From Nitrospirota bacterium (GTDB lineage: Bacteria > Nitrospirota > RBG-16-64-22): a stretch of DNA of 50,884 nucleotides. Under the pieces are notes generated by a model. The model did not search any database, had not been told where the DNA came from, and saw only the letters and a list, made by a program, of their open reading frames with translations. The first letter of the stretch is position 1. Each line of letters opens with the position of its first letter. This document shows positions 1 through 8,113 of this stretch, piece by piece. The stretch is from contig JACPZO010000042.1 in the NCBI GenBank assembly GCA_016195465.1, positions 1-50,884 of the forward strand, read 5' to 3'. The position numbers were made by a program, and so were the translations under genes.

Positions 1-36
1 GCTCCGAAGGGCGCTGGCGTTGTGCAACCCTCGGGC

Positions 37-1254
37 TCACCCTCTGTGCCGGATGCCCCTTGCGGCGATCGCGCCCGCGACGCCGGCGAGGGCGAGAAGA
101 GCCGTGAAGGCGTGCGGATGGATGAGGAGCATGGCCCCCGCCAGGACCGCGCCCGCGAAGGACCCGAGCGCCTGGAGCATCTGGTTGACGCCCGCGGCCG
201 AGCCGACGATGGCCGGCCTTGCGATCTTCGTCGTCATTCCCGGAAGGACGGATTGGAGGATGAAGATGGAAAAAAAGAACAATATCGCGCCGGGGATGAG
301 CGGAAGAAGGGCGCCTCGCGGCGCCAGACCGAGGAGGACCGGGGAAACGGCGAGAAGAAGGAAGGCGGGGACGGCGATCGCCCGGCCGCCCTTCCGGTCG
401 GCCGTCCGGGCGAGGACCCTCATGACGACGAGACCCACGAGAACGAGCGGAAGATAAAAGAGGGAGAAATAGGCCATCGGCATGACCGCCGCGAGAAGAC
501 CCGGAAGCGCGAGGAACAGGGCGCTCATGAGGAAGTTCATGAGGAAGGAGCCCAGATTGACGCGGAGGAGATCGTGGTCGGCGAGAAGAAAGGGAATCTC
601 GCGGGGGTTGACGCCGACTTCCTCGAAGGCCGCGTGTTTCTCCGGCTCCGGGATGAAGAGGAAGATGTAACAGCCGCACGCGAAGACGAGTCCTCCCATC
701 AGGGCGAACAGGAAGGGGATCCCGTACGCTCCCGCGAGGAGGGGGCCGAGGACCATTCCCCCGATGAAGGCGGCCCCGACGGGGATTCCGAGGTAGGCCA
801 TGGCTCGATGGCGCCTGGAAACGGGAACGGCGTCCGCTACCATCGCGTAGACGACCCCCCCGATCGCCCCGGCCCCCTGGAGGGCCCGCGCGAGGATGAG
901 GAGCCAGATCGTCGGCGCCCAGGCCGCCATGAAGCTGCCGATCGCGAAGACGAGCATCCCGCCAAGGAGGACCCCCTTGCGTCCGATCCGATCCGAGAGG
1001 AATCCGAGCGGGACCTGGAACGCGGCGTTCGTGAACGAGTAGATCCCGAGAGCCAGGCCGATCTCGGCCGGGGAGGCCTTCATCCCGTCCTGGTAAAGGG
1101 CAAACACGGGCAGGATGAGAGAGACCCCGAGGATTCGCAGGCCGGCCGCCAGGGCGACGCCCGCGAGCGTTCTTTTCTCGTTGGGGGTGAAGGAATCGTT
1201 CAAGGGTGTCGGTGCAACCACGGAAATCCGGTCTCGAGAAGACGGTCGCCGCAT
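37..1254 (-). CDS. MFS-family transporter
   Basis: 405-aa ORF that is hydrophobic throughout (about 12 TM-like segments). The loop 'GFLSDRIGRKGVLL' matches the MFS D-R-x-G-R-K/R motif between TM2 and TM3. Confidence 0.85.
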   Translation of the reverse strand: MRRPSSRDRISVVAPTPLNDSFTPNEKRTLAGVALAAGLRILGVSLILPVFALYQDGMKASPAEIGLALGIYSFTNAAFQVPLGFLSDRIGRKGVLLGGMLVFAIGSFMAAWAPTIWLLILARALQGAGAIGGVVYAMVADAVPVSRRHRAMAYLGIPVGAAFIGGMVLGPLLAGAYGIPFLFALMGGLVFACGCYIFLFIPEPEKHAAFEEVGVNPREIPFLLADHDLLRVNLGSFLMNFLMSALFLALPGLLAAVMPMAYFSLFYLPLVLVGLVVMRVLARTADRKGGRAIAVPAFLLLAVSPVLLGLAPRGALLPLIPGAILFFFSIFILQSVLPGMTTKIARPAIVGSAAGVNQMLQALGSFAGAVLAGAMLLIHPHAFTALLALAGVAGAIAARGIRHRG

Positions 1255-1302
1255 GATAGAGAAGGGTCGAGTCCCGGCGCAACGAGATTGTGCCCATCCA
1301 TC

Positions 1303-1330
1303 TTTACGTTCGGAAAAGATTTGCTATACT
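1303..1330 (+). promoter_or_regulatory. Candidate sigma-70 promoter (TTTACG-16 nt-TATACT) ahead of the PhnD-like gene
   Basis: Hexamers read directly at 1303-1308 and 1325-1330 in the divergent intergenic region. Confidence 0.35.
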
Positions 1331-1387
1331 GGGACTGATCCCCCGAAGAACCAACCAAGGGTTTTACCCCCCGGAGAGAACCCGCTC

Positions 1388-2401
1388 ATGGAGGATTCGA
1401 TGGGACGAGCGACGCTTGCAAGGCTTCTGACGGTTTTTTCTCTTCTTTTTTGGGTTCTCAACGCTTCTCCCGCCTGGTCTCAACAACCCGAAGGGGCGTC
1501 CAAGGCACCCGCCCAGCCCGCGGCGGCCGGAGCCAAGAAAACCGAGGCAAAAGACGAAGGGTGGCCCAAGGAGCCGGGAGAGCTTGTTTTCGGCTACCTC
1601 TCCCGGGGCGTCGTCGTCGAGGAGTTCAAGGAGTTGAAGCCGCTCGTCGATTACCTCCGGAAAGCGACGGGGATGAAGATCCAACTCCGGACGGGGTTCA
1701 CGTTCGACAAGGTCTTCGACAACATCAAGAATGGATACTACGATTTCGCGTACGTGGCCACGACCCAGTACGTGAAGATCAAGAAGACGGTCGACGTTCA
1801 GCTTGTCGGGATGACGACCAAGGACGGGAAGGAGAAGTTCTCGGCTGTCGTCGTCGTTCGCAAGGACTCCGGGATCAACGCCATCGCCGACCTCAAGGGC
1901 AAGACCTTCCTCACTACCAAGGGAGGGCTCGCCGTCCATCCCGCGCCGATGGACCTGATGGAGAAGAACGGCTTGAACCCCAAGACGGACATCAAGATCA
2001 AGTTCGGATCGGCCCCCATCAACTGCCTTATGGACGTGGCGGACAGGAAGGCCGACGTGACGGCCGTCCCGAAGGGGCTCTGGGCGAAGGCCGAAAAGAT
2101 GGTGAAGAAGGAAGATCTCAAGGTGGTCGGCGAGACGGAGCCCGTTCCTCAGCTTCCGATCATCGCGAGGCCGGGGCTCGATCCGGAACTCGCGAAGAAG
2201 GTCCAGGACGCCCTGTTCGCGCTGAAACCGGGGCATCCCGACTACGAGGCGGTCTACAAGCACAACCAGAATTTCAACGGCGTAGTCCCAACGCAGGATT
2301 CCGAATTCGACCAGACGCGCCGGCTGATGGCCAAGTGGATGGACGAGCCGTTCCCCGGGATGCCGGCAGGGAAATCGACGAAGACCGGCCGGAAGAAGTA
2401 G
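1388..2401 (+). CDS. PhnD-family (phosphonate/phosphite-type) ABC transporter periplasmic substrate-binding protein
   Basis: Start taken at ATG 1388 inside ORF 1115..2401, which gives the signal peptide 'LLTVFSLLFWVLNASPAWSQ'. Core 'LVFGYLSRG...LVDYL...YDFAYV..TQYV' is typical of PhnD-like binding proteins. No cognate permease or ATPase lies adjacent. Confidence 0.75.
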   Translation: MEDSMGRATLARLLTVFSLLFWVLNASPAWSQQPEGASKAPAQPAAAGAKKTEAKDEGWPKEPGELVFGYLSRGVVVEEFKELKPLVDYLRKATGMKIQLRTGFTFDKVFDNIKNGYYDFAYVATTQYVKIKKTVDVQLVGMTTKDGKEKFSAVVVVRKDSGINAIADLKGKTFLTTKGGLAVHPAPMDLMEKNGLNPKTDIKIKFGSAPINCLMDVADRKADVTAVPKGLWAKAEKMVKKEDLKVVGETEPVPQLPIIARPGLDPELAKKVQDALFALKPGHPDYEAVYKHNQNFNGVVPTQDSEFDQTRRLMAKWMDEPFPGMPAGKSTKTGRKK

Positions 2402-2462
2402 CGGGCGGCTGTGATTCGGCGGGCGGGGGACGCGCGTTACCGAAAAGCCGCGGTTGGATTGC

Positions 2463-3362
2463 TCAGCGGCTCGACAAGCGGCCAAGCTCCTCTACGATCC
2501 GGTTCGCCGTGAACTGTTCGAAGTCGAGGTTTTCGGAAGCGGCGGCCTCGTAGGCACTCCGGGCTTCCTCCAGGTAGTCGACGCACGGCCGGGGCGGGGC
2601 GAAGTGAAAGACCACCCGGTCACGCCTGGGGATCTCTTCCTCCATCCGTCCCGATCCCGCGGGGAGCGTGTTCCCCTCCATTCCGGCCATGAGCACCCAA
2701 TCGAAATGCTTGAGGTACGTCGTGGTCTCCTTGACCGGCACGGGGGAAAGGTTCGGTTTGGGCCTCCCGCCGAGCGGAAAGAGGCCGACGATCGCTCCTT
2801 CTTCGATGAGGTTGAACATCTTCCGGAACGCCGAGCGGTTGATCCGAACGGCTTCAGTCGTTGCCTCCGCCCGGGCCGCCTCTTCCTCGGGCGTCTCGCC
2901 GGGCTTCGGAGCGGGGATCTCGCGCCTCGGCACGATGACGAGCCTCGAGAAGACTTCCGTGAAGCGCCTCACGAGCTCGGATTCCTCGTTCAGCTTGCGA
3001 CCCGCCACATAGACGATCCGGTCGAGAAGAAGACGATAACGGGCCTCTTCCCGCCGGAGAAGGAAATGGAACGCGGGCACGTCGAAGTTCCCCTTGTGCT
3101 CCAGGAGGACGATAAGCCGCTTCCCTTCCTTGTACCGGGTCAAGGCTTCGTCCAGGTGTTCGAGGCCCTCGAAACCGCTTCCCGGAAGAAGGAGCTTGTC
3201 CTGAAGGGACAGGACAAGATCGAGATTCTCCCGCCGGCCGGCCTGGTAAACGTTCTCGGGCGTGATGCGGCGATCCCCTCCCCCGGTGCCCCGTTCGAGG
3301 ATGGTCCTGAACGTCTCTTGGAGGGCCTTGCCGATTTCAGGGTCCGAGCGAGCTGTCTGCAT
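2463..3362 (-). CDS. Glycerolipid acyltransferase-family protein (HxxxxD motif)
   Basis: 299-aa ORF with 'LLEHKGNFD' (the HxxxxD catalytic motif of PlsB/PlsC-type acyltransferases) and 'VYVAGRKL' downstream. Confidence 0.65.
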   Translation of the reverse strand: MQTARSDPEIGKALQETFRTILERGTGGGDRRITPENVYQAGRRENLDLVLSLQDKLLLPGSGFEGLEHLDEALTRYKEGKRLIVLLEHKGNFDVPAFHFLLRREEARYRLLLDRIVYVAGRKLNEESELVRRFTEVFSRLVIVPRREIPAPKPGETPEEEAARAEATTEAVRINRSAFRKMFNLIEEGAIVGLFPLGGRPKPNLSPVPVKETTTYLKHFDWVLMAGMEGNTLPAGSGRMEEEIPRRDRVVFHFAPPRPCVDYLEEARSAYEAAASENLDFEQFTANRIVEELGRLSSR

Positions 3363-3456
3363 TGGGAGAAGGTTCTCCGAGCGACAGAGCGAGTGATCGA
3401 GCCAAATCCGGATGGAGGGGCCGGGAATGTGGAACTACCATGTTCCACGGTTTCTG

Positions 3457-4197
3457 TCAACCGGGTCCTGGGCCTTCGATCCGGACGATGGAATCTTCCA
3501 GAAGAGTCTCGAGAGCGGTAGCGGCCGCTCTCGTTCGATCGGCGTTCCGGGATTCCACGGTCACCTTGACCTTGTACTCCACGTCGTCGTAGCGGGGGTA
3601 GGAGCCGATCGCCACGTCCGGATACTCCCTCGCCGTCTTCGCGAGGCGCTCGGCGATGGCCGACTCTCCCTTCGACAGATACAGAACGACGAGAGAGAAC
3701 GCCTGGCCCCGGAACCGCTCCCGGATGGCGAGGAACTTCCTCCGCGCCGTGGAGGGCACGCCGGGGAGAACGTACACGTTTCGCACGACGATAATGGGGA
3801 AGACGATCGAATCCGGCTTGAGGAGGGTTGCGCCCTCGGGGATGTCGGCCATCCGGAGCTGCGCCCCGGTGGTTTCGCCGGGCGAATGGGAGACGAGGAG
3901 GACCTCGATCTCGCGGTTTCTGACAACGGGAACGCCGAACGCCCGGGCCACGCCCTCCATCGTCACGTCGTCGTGCGTCGGCCCCACGCCGCCCGTCGTA
4001 AAGACGACGTCGAACGCGGCCGAAAAGGCGGCGACCTCGCGGCCGATCGTATCCACGTCGTCCGGGATCATCGAGACCTTCTTGAGTTCGACGCCCAGAT
4101 CGCGGAGTTCCCGGACGAAGAAGGGGGTATGCTCGTCGACGACCTTCCCCGAGAGGACCTCGTTCCCGATGACGATAAGGCCGGCTGTCGCGCTCAA
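3457..4197 (-). CDS. Molybdopterin-binding-fold (MoaB/MogA/CinA N-terminal-like) protein
   Basis: 'LIVIGNEVLSGKVVDEH' and 'TTGGVGPTHDDVT' motifs of the MoCF-biosynthesis fold. I place the start at TTG 4197, preceded by GGAGGA. It overlaps the TGA of the upstream hydrolase as TTGA. The longer track ORF (to 4836) overlaps the hydrolase gene. Confidence 0.7.
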   Translation of the reverse strand: MSATAGLIVIGNEVLSGKVVDEHTPFFVRELRDLGVELKKVSMIPDDVDTIGREVAAFSAAFDVVFTTGGVGPTHDDVTMEGVARAFGVPVVRNREIEVLLVSHSPGETTGAQLRMADIPEGATLLKPDSIVFPIIVVRNVYVLPGVPSTARRKFLAIRERFRGQAFSLVVLYLSKGESAIAERLAKTAREYPDVAIGSYPRYDDVEYKVKVTVESRNADRTRAAATALETLLEDSIVRIEGPGPG

Positions 4198-4949
4198 AGA
4201 GAATCCTCCCGGATGAACCGCTCGATCCAGTCCGTCGTGACGCGGATCGCCTCCCTCCGCGCCGCCTCCGGCCGCATGGAGTGATCGCCGCCGGGTATCA
4301 CGCGCATTTCCTTCGGCTCCGACAACCTCGCAAAGATCGCCTCCGCGTGCGAGGGCGGCACGACATCGTCGGCCGAGCCGTGGACGACGAGGCCGCGCCG
4401 GATCCCCGGCGGCATATCGAGCGGCGCGTCGGGCGATCCCAGTTCCTTGAAATACACATCTCCCAGGCCCCAGGACCGGAGCCGGCCCTCCTCCGTCTCC
4501 GGGGCGCGAAGGGTCGCGGGCGAGCTCCAGGCGGCGACGGCGCAAACCCCCGGCTCCTCGGCGGCCAGAAGGAGGGACAGAAAACCGCCCATGGAGCTTC
4601 CCATGAGGGCGCTCCGCCCGTCGAAGAAAGGCTGGGCCTTCAGGAACCAGACGACGCGCCTGAGCTGGTCGAGGCGGCCGACGACCGTCGTGTCCTCCGG
4701 CCGGCCGGTGCTGGCCCCGCATCCGAGGAAGTCGAACCGCAGAAGGGCGATGCCGCGGGGAATGAGCGCCTCGGCCAACTGCCGGTACTTTCCGCTTTCC
4801 TTCGACGATGCCAGGCCGTGGGACGCGACGACGCACGGCGCCTCGTATCGTCCTCCCTCCGCCGGCTCCGGGATGTGGAACACGGCCGAGATCCGGTCGT
4901 TTCCGAACGGAATCCGGACTGGAATTTCAACGGCTTGGATCGCAGCCAA
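4194..4949 (-). CDS. Alpha/beta-fold hydrolase
   Basis: 251-aa ORF with nucleophile elbow 'GSSMGG', 'HGSADDVV' (Asp) and 'GGDHS' (His). Confidence 0.8.
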   Translation of the reverse strand: MAAIQAVEIPVRIPFGNDRISAVFHIPEPAEGGRYEAPCVVASHGLASSKESGKYRQLAEALIPRGIALLRFDFLGCGASTGRPEDTTVVGRLDQLRRVVWFLKAQPFFDGRSALMGSSMGGFLSLLLAAEEPGVCAVAAWSSPATLRAPETEEGRLRSWGLGDVYFKELGSPDAPLDMPPGIRRGLVVHGSADDVVPPSHAEAIFARLSEPKEMRVIPGGDHSMRPEAARREAIRVTTDWIERFIREDSL

Positions 4950-5044
4950 CGCAACGAGATCCTTCTTGTGGGGACCGCAATAGTCGAACCGCCTTATTAT
5001 AGGGATCGGCTCGATCCGCGTTCAACGGATTTCGGGATCGTCCT

Positions 5045-5210
5045 GGCAGGCTGCTGAAAAACAGCAGCCTGCGCGCGGTGCAGGGATGCACCGCCCAATC
5101 TCGAAGATGGCGCGACGATTTGGTGTCAAGCGATTTGAAAGACTTGCGCGAATTCACTTCGCGCAAGTCTTGGCTGAAAAAGCCATGGATGGACTTTTTC
5201 AGCGTCCTGC
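5045..5210 (+). repeat. Multi-hairpin dispersed element, copy 1
   Basis: Hairpins read directly: 5046-5056/5062-5072 (11 bp), 5075-5082/5087-5094 (8 bp), 5141-5152/5158-5169 (12 bp), 5173-5182/5194-5203 (10 bp). Near-identical to the reverse complement of 28365-28513. Confidence 0.85.
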
Positions 5211-5334
5211 TAGGGGATGACAAGGACACTTGTTGCGAATGCGTCTGGAATCTGCTACGAATCAACGGACGAACGTCGTGGCCGGCGACGCGCTTTGCCG
5301 GCCGTCGCGCCTCCCCTGAGAAAGGAGCCTCCCC

Positions 5335-5652
5335 ATGCCCGAGTTTGGCCATCCCTTCTCCGGCCTCGCGGCCGGCCGCAAGCTCACGAAGTCCGAGCTG
5401 ATCCGCGCGATCCGCCATCTCGTCGCCGCGGAGTACGAAGCGGTCCAGATGTACATGCAGCTCGCCGAGTCGATCGACGACCGGCTCGCCAAGGAGGTCC
5501 TGAAGGACATCGCCGACGAGGAGCGCGTCCACGCGGGCGAGTTTCTCCGCCTCCTGCACCACCTGGCCCCGGACGAGGGCAGGTTCTACAAGGAGGGGGC
5601 CGGGGAGGTCGAGGAGGAGATGAGGAAGCTCGGGATCAAGGCGAAGAAGTAG
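5335..5652 (+). CDS. Small ferritin-like di-iron protein (EncFtn/rubrerythrin-like)
   Basis: 105 aa, with AAAGGAG RBS. 'AAEYEAVQMYMQ' plus 'DEERVHAGEFLRLL' gives the E..E..Y / ExxH ligand pattern of encapsulated-ferritin-like proteins. Confidence 0.7.
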   Translation: MPEFGHPFSGLAAGRKLTKSELIRAIRHLVAAEYEAVQMYMQLAESIDDRLAKEVLKDIADEERVHAGEFLRLLHHLAPDEGRFYKEGAGEVEEEMRKLGIKAKK

Positions 5653-5666
5653 GAAGCCGACGCGTC

Positions 5667-7370
5667 ATGGATCTCGAGAAGGAGCTGGCTCTCCTCATCA
5701 ACTCGCGCTTCCCGATCGTCACGGTCGAGACGTGGGAGGAAGAGCGGGTCGAGGGGCTCGTCCGGCGGGTGACCGACCGGCTGGAGATCCCGTTCTTCAC
5801 CTGGACGGCCCTCAAGGGAATTGGACGGGACGGAAACGCCGACGGGGTCCACGAGACCGAGCGCCCGCTTGGAGCCCTCGAATACATCGAGCGGCTCGGC
5901 GTCGATTCCGTCTACCTCTTCAAGGACTTCCACCATTATCTCCAGGACCCCGCCGTTCTCCGCAAGCTCCGGGACATCTGCGGCGTCTTCCGCCGCAAGA
6001 GGAAGTCGATCATCCTTCTCTCCCCGCGCATCGAGGTCCCCGTGGACCTGGCGAAGGACGTCGTCGACCTCGAGATCCCCCTTCCGACGGAAAACGACAT
6101 GTCCGCCATTGTCGACCGGGTCGTCCGGCACTTCCAGGCGGCCGAGCCGGGTCTCGGGCTCGACCCGGACGACGAGACGCGGCGGGCAATCGCGCGCGCG
6201 CTGGTCGGGTTGACGCTCGTCGAGGCGGAGCGCCTTCTCGTGAAAGCGATCACGCGGGACCAGAAGCTCGACCGATCGGACCTCGCGTGGGTCCTCGACG
6301 CCAAGCGGCAGGTCGTGGAGCGGTCCGGCCTGCTTGAATACTACCCGCGGGAGGAGCGGTTCGAGACCGTCGGAGGTCTCGCCCGTCTCAAGGCCTGGCT
6401 CGGGCGGCGCAAGAGGGCCTTCACGCCCGAAGCGAAAGCGTTCGGGATCGACCCGCCGCGGGGCATTCTCCTCCTGGGCGTTCCGGGATGCGGCAAGTCG
6501 CTTTCGGCGAAGGCTGTCGCGGCCGAGTGGTCGCATCCGCTCATCAAGCTCGATCCCTCGCGGCTCTACAGCAAATACGTCGGAGAGACCGAAGGCCGGC
6601 TTCGCGACGCCTTGCGCCTCACGGAGTCGGTGGCCCCCGCCGTCCTCTGGATCGACGAGATCGAGAAGGGGCTCTCTTACGGGAACATGAGCGACGTGGA
6701 CGGGGGCGTCTCGGCCCGCGTCTTCGGGACGTTCCTCTCGTGGCTCCAGGAGCGTCCGGCTCCGGTGTTCGTCGTGGCGACGTCCAACGACGTCGCAAAC
6801 CTGCCGCCGGAGCTTTTCCGGAAAGGCCGGTTCGACGAGGTCTTCTTCGTGGACCTTCCCGCCCGCCCCGCCCGCGCGGAGATTTTTGCGATCCATCTCC
6901 GAAAGAGAAAGCGCGACCCGTCCCGTTTCGACCTGGACGCTCTCGCCGGGAGGACGGAGGGCTTCTCGGGCGGCGAGATCGAGCAGATCGTCGTGTCCGG
7001 TCTCTATGCGGCGTTCGAGAAGGGCGCGGATCTCTCGACGGACGATCTGCTAAGGGAGATCCCGGCCACGGTCCCCCTGTCGGTCACGATGCGGGAGGGC
7101 GTCGAGGCCCTCCGCCGCTGGGCCCTGACCCGCACCGTCCCGGCGGATGGAGAAGAAGAAACCCTGGCTGGCAGGAGTATTGAGCTTCATAGTGCCCGGT
7201 TTGGGGCAGTTCTACGCGGGGAGGCTTGGGAGGGGGATCCTTTTCTTTGGCGTTACCTGGTTCACGGTCGCCGTTTCCCTTCTCGCAGTAATGCATATTT
7301 CACCACCCCCATGGAATGCTCTTCTGGGCCTCTTCGTTCTGCTCATGCCTTCCCTCCTAGTTGTGGTTGA
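5667..7370 (+). CDS. AAA+ ATPase, Ycf46-like
   Basis: Start at ATG 5667, 14 nt after the ferritin-like gene. N-terminus 'RFPIVTVETWEEERV', Walker A 'GVPGCGKS', Walker B 'VLWIDEIE', 'RKGRFDEVFFVDLP'. The last 74 codons overlap lepB out of frame and look non-protein-like, so the functional 3' end is uncertain. Confidence 0.8.
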   Translation: MDLEKELALLINSRFPIVTVETWEEERVEGLVRRVTDRLEIPFFTWTALKGIGRDGNADGVHETERPLGALEYIERLGVDSVYLFKDFHHYLQDPAVLRKLRDICGVFRRKRKSIILLSPRIEVPVDLAKDVVDLEIPLPTENDMSAIVDRVVRHFQAAEPGLGLDPDDETRRAIARALVGLTLVEAERLLVKAITRDQKLDRSDLAWVLDAKRQVVERSGLLEYYPREERFETVGGLARLKAWLGRRKRAFTPEAKAFGIDPPRGILLLGVPGCGKSLSAKAVAAEWSHPLIKLDPSRLYSKYVGETEGRLRDALRLTESVAPAVLWIDEIEKGLSYGNMSDVDGGVSARVFGTFLSWLQERPAPVFVVATSNDVANLPPELFRKGRFDEVFFVDLPARPARAEIFAIHLRKRKRDPSRFDLDALAGRTEGFSGGEIEQIVVSGLYAAFEKGADLSTDDLLREIPATVPLSVTMREGVEALRRWALTRTVPADGEEETLAGRSIELHSARFGAVLRGEAWEGDPFLWRYLVHGRRFPSRSNAYFTTPMECSSGPLRSAHAFPPSCG

Positions 7371-7998
7371 TGCGGTGTTGCTCGCGGCCAAGGCGGGAGC
7401 GCAAGGTCCGCCCAGGGCGTATGACAGGTGGTACGTGTACTTTGCGATCATTATTGGGGCTTCCCTGGTCATTAGGCCGGGCCTGTCCTTGATTCGCAAG
7501 AATCTGGTCGCTCAGTCTTACCAGATGCCCGCCGGGAGCATGGCTCCAGCGTTGTTGATTGGCGACCGTTTCATTGTCGACAGGCTCTCCTATTACTTCA
7601 GGCATCCTTATCGGGGAGAGATTGTCCTATTCCGTTTTCCCAGGGATGAAAGCCGCGACTTCCTCAAGCGCGTGGTTGGAATTCCTGGAGACACGGTGGA
7701 GATTCGGGCGAAGCGGGTCTTCATTAATGGCACCCTCTTGCGCGAAGACTATGCCGCCTACGATGATGCCCGAATTCTTTCCGGGGATGTGGACCCTCGG
7801 GATAACTTTGGCCCGACAACACTGTCTCGCGAGCAATTCTTCGTCCTCGGAGACAATCGCGATCATAGCCACGACAGCCGATATTTTGGGCCGATTAGGC
7901 GCGACTCCATCAAGGGGCAAGCAAGAACGATCTTTTTCTCATGGGACGAGGAAGTTGGGTCGGTTCGATGGGGACGAGCGGGAATGCAAGTCCGGTAG
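7147..7998 (+). CDS. lepB: Signal peptidase I
   Basis: 'PAGSMAPAL' (Ser box), 'KRVVGIPGD' (Lys box), 'GDNRDHSHDSRYFG' (box E). The N-terminal membrane segment is 'FIVPGLGQFYAG'. Confidence 0.85.
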   Translation: MEKKKPWLAGVLSFIVPGLGQFYAGRLGRGILFFGVTWFTVAVSLLAVMHISPPPWNALLGLFVLLMPSLLVVVDAVLLAAKAGAQGPPRAYDRWYVYFAIIIGASLVIRPGLSLIRKNLVAQSYQMPAGSMAPALLIGDRFIVDRLSYYFRHPYRGEIVLFRFPRDESRDFLKRVVGIPGDTVEIRAKRVFINGTLLREDYAAYDDARILSGDVDPRDNFGPTTLSREQFFVLGDNRDHSHDSRYFGPIRRDSIKGQARTIFFSWDEEVGSVRWGRAGMQVR

Positions 7999-8113
7999 TT
8001 CTGGAGCATCGATCTCGGAAGGGGCAAGAAGGCACCATCGACAGCGAATGCCGCTAGATGGTATAAGGGCACTGAAAGACGGCACGCGCGAGGGTCCGGT
8101 CGTCGATTATTCC

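Noticed and set aside
5217-5666. N-terminal 150-codon extension of the AAA+ ATPase ORF
   Set aside because: It overlaps the well-supported ferritin-like gene in another frame and is Arg/Pro/Gly-rich. ATG 5667 gives the conserved Ycf46-like N-terminus.
7559-8113. N-terminal 185-codon extension of the malQ ORF
   Set aside because: It overlaps lepB in another frame. The amylomaltase-like sequence starts at ATG 8114.
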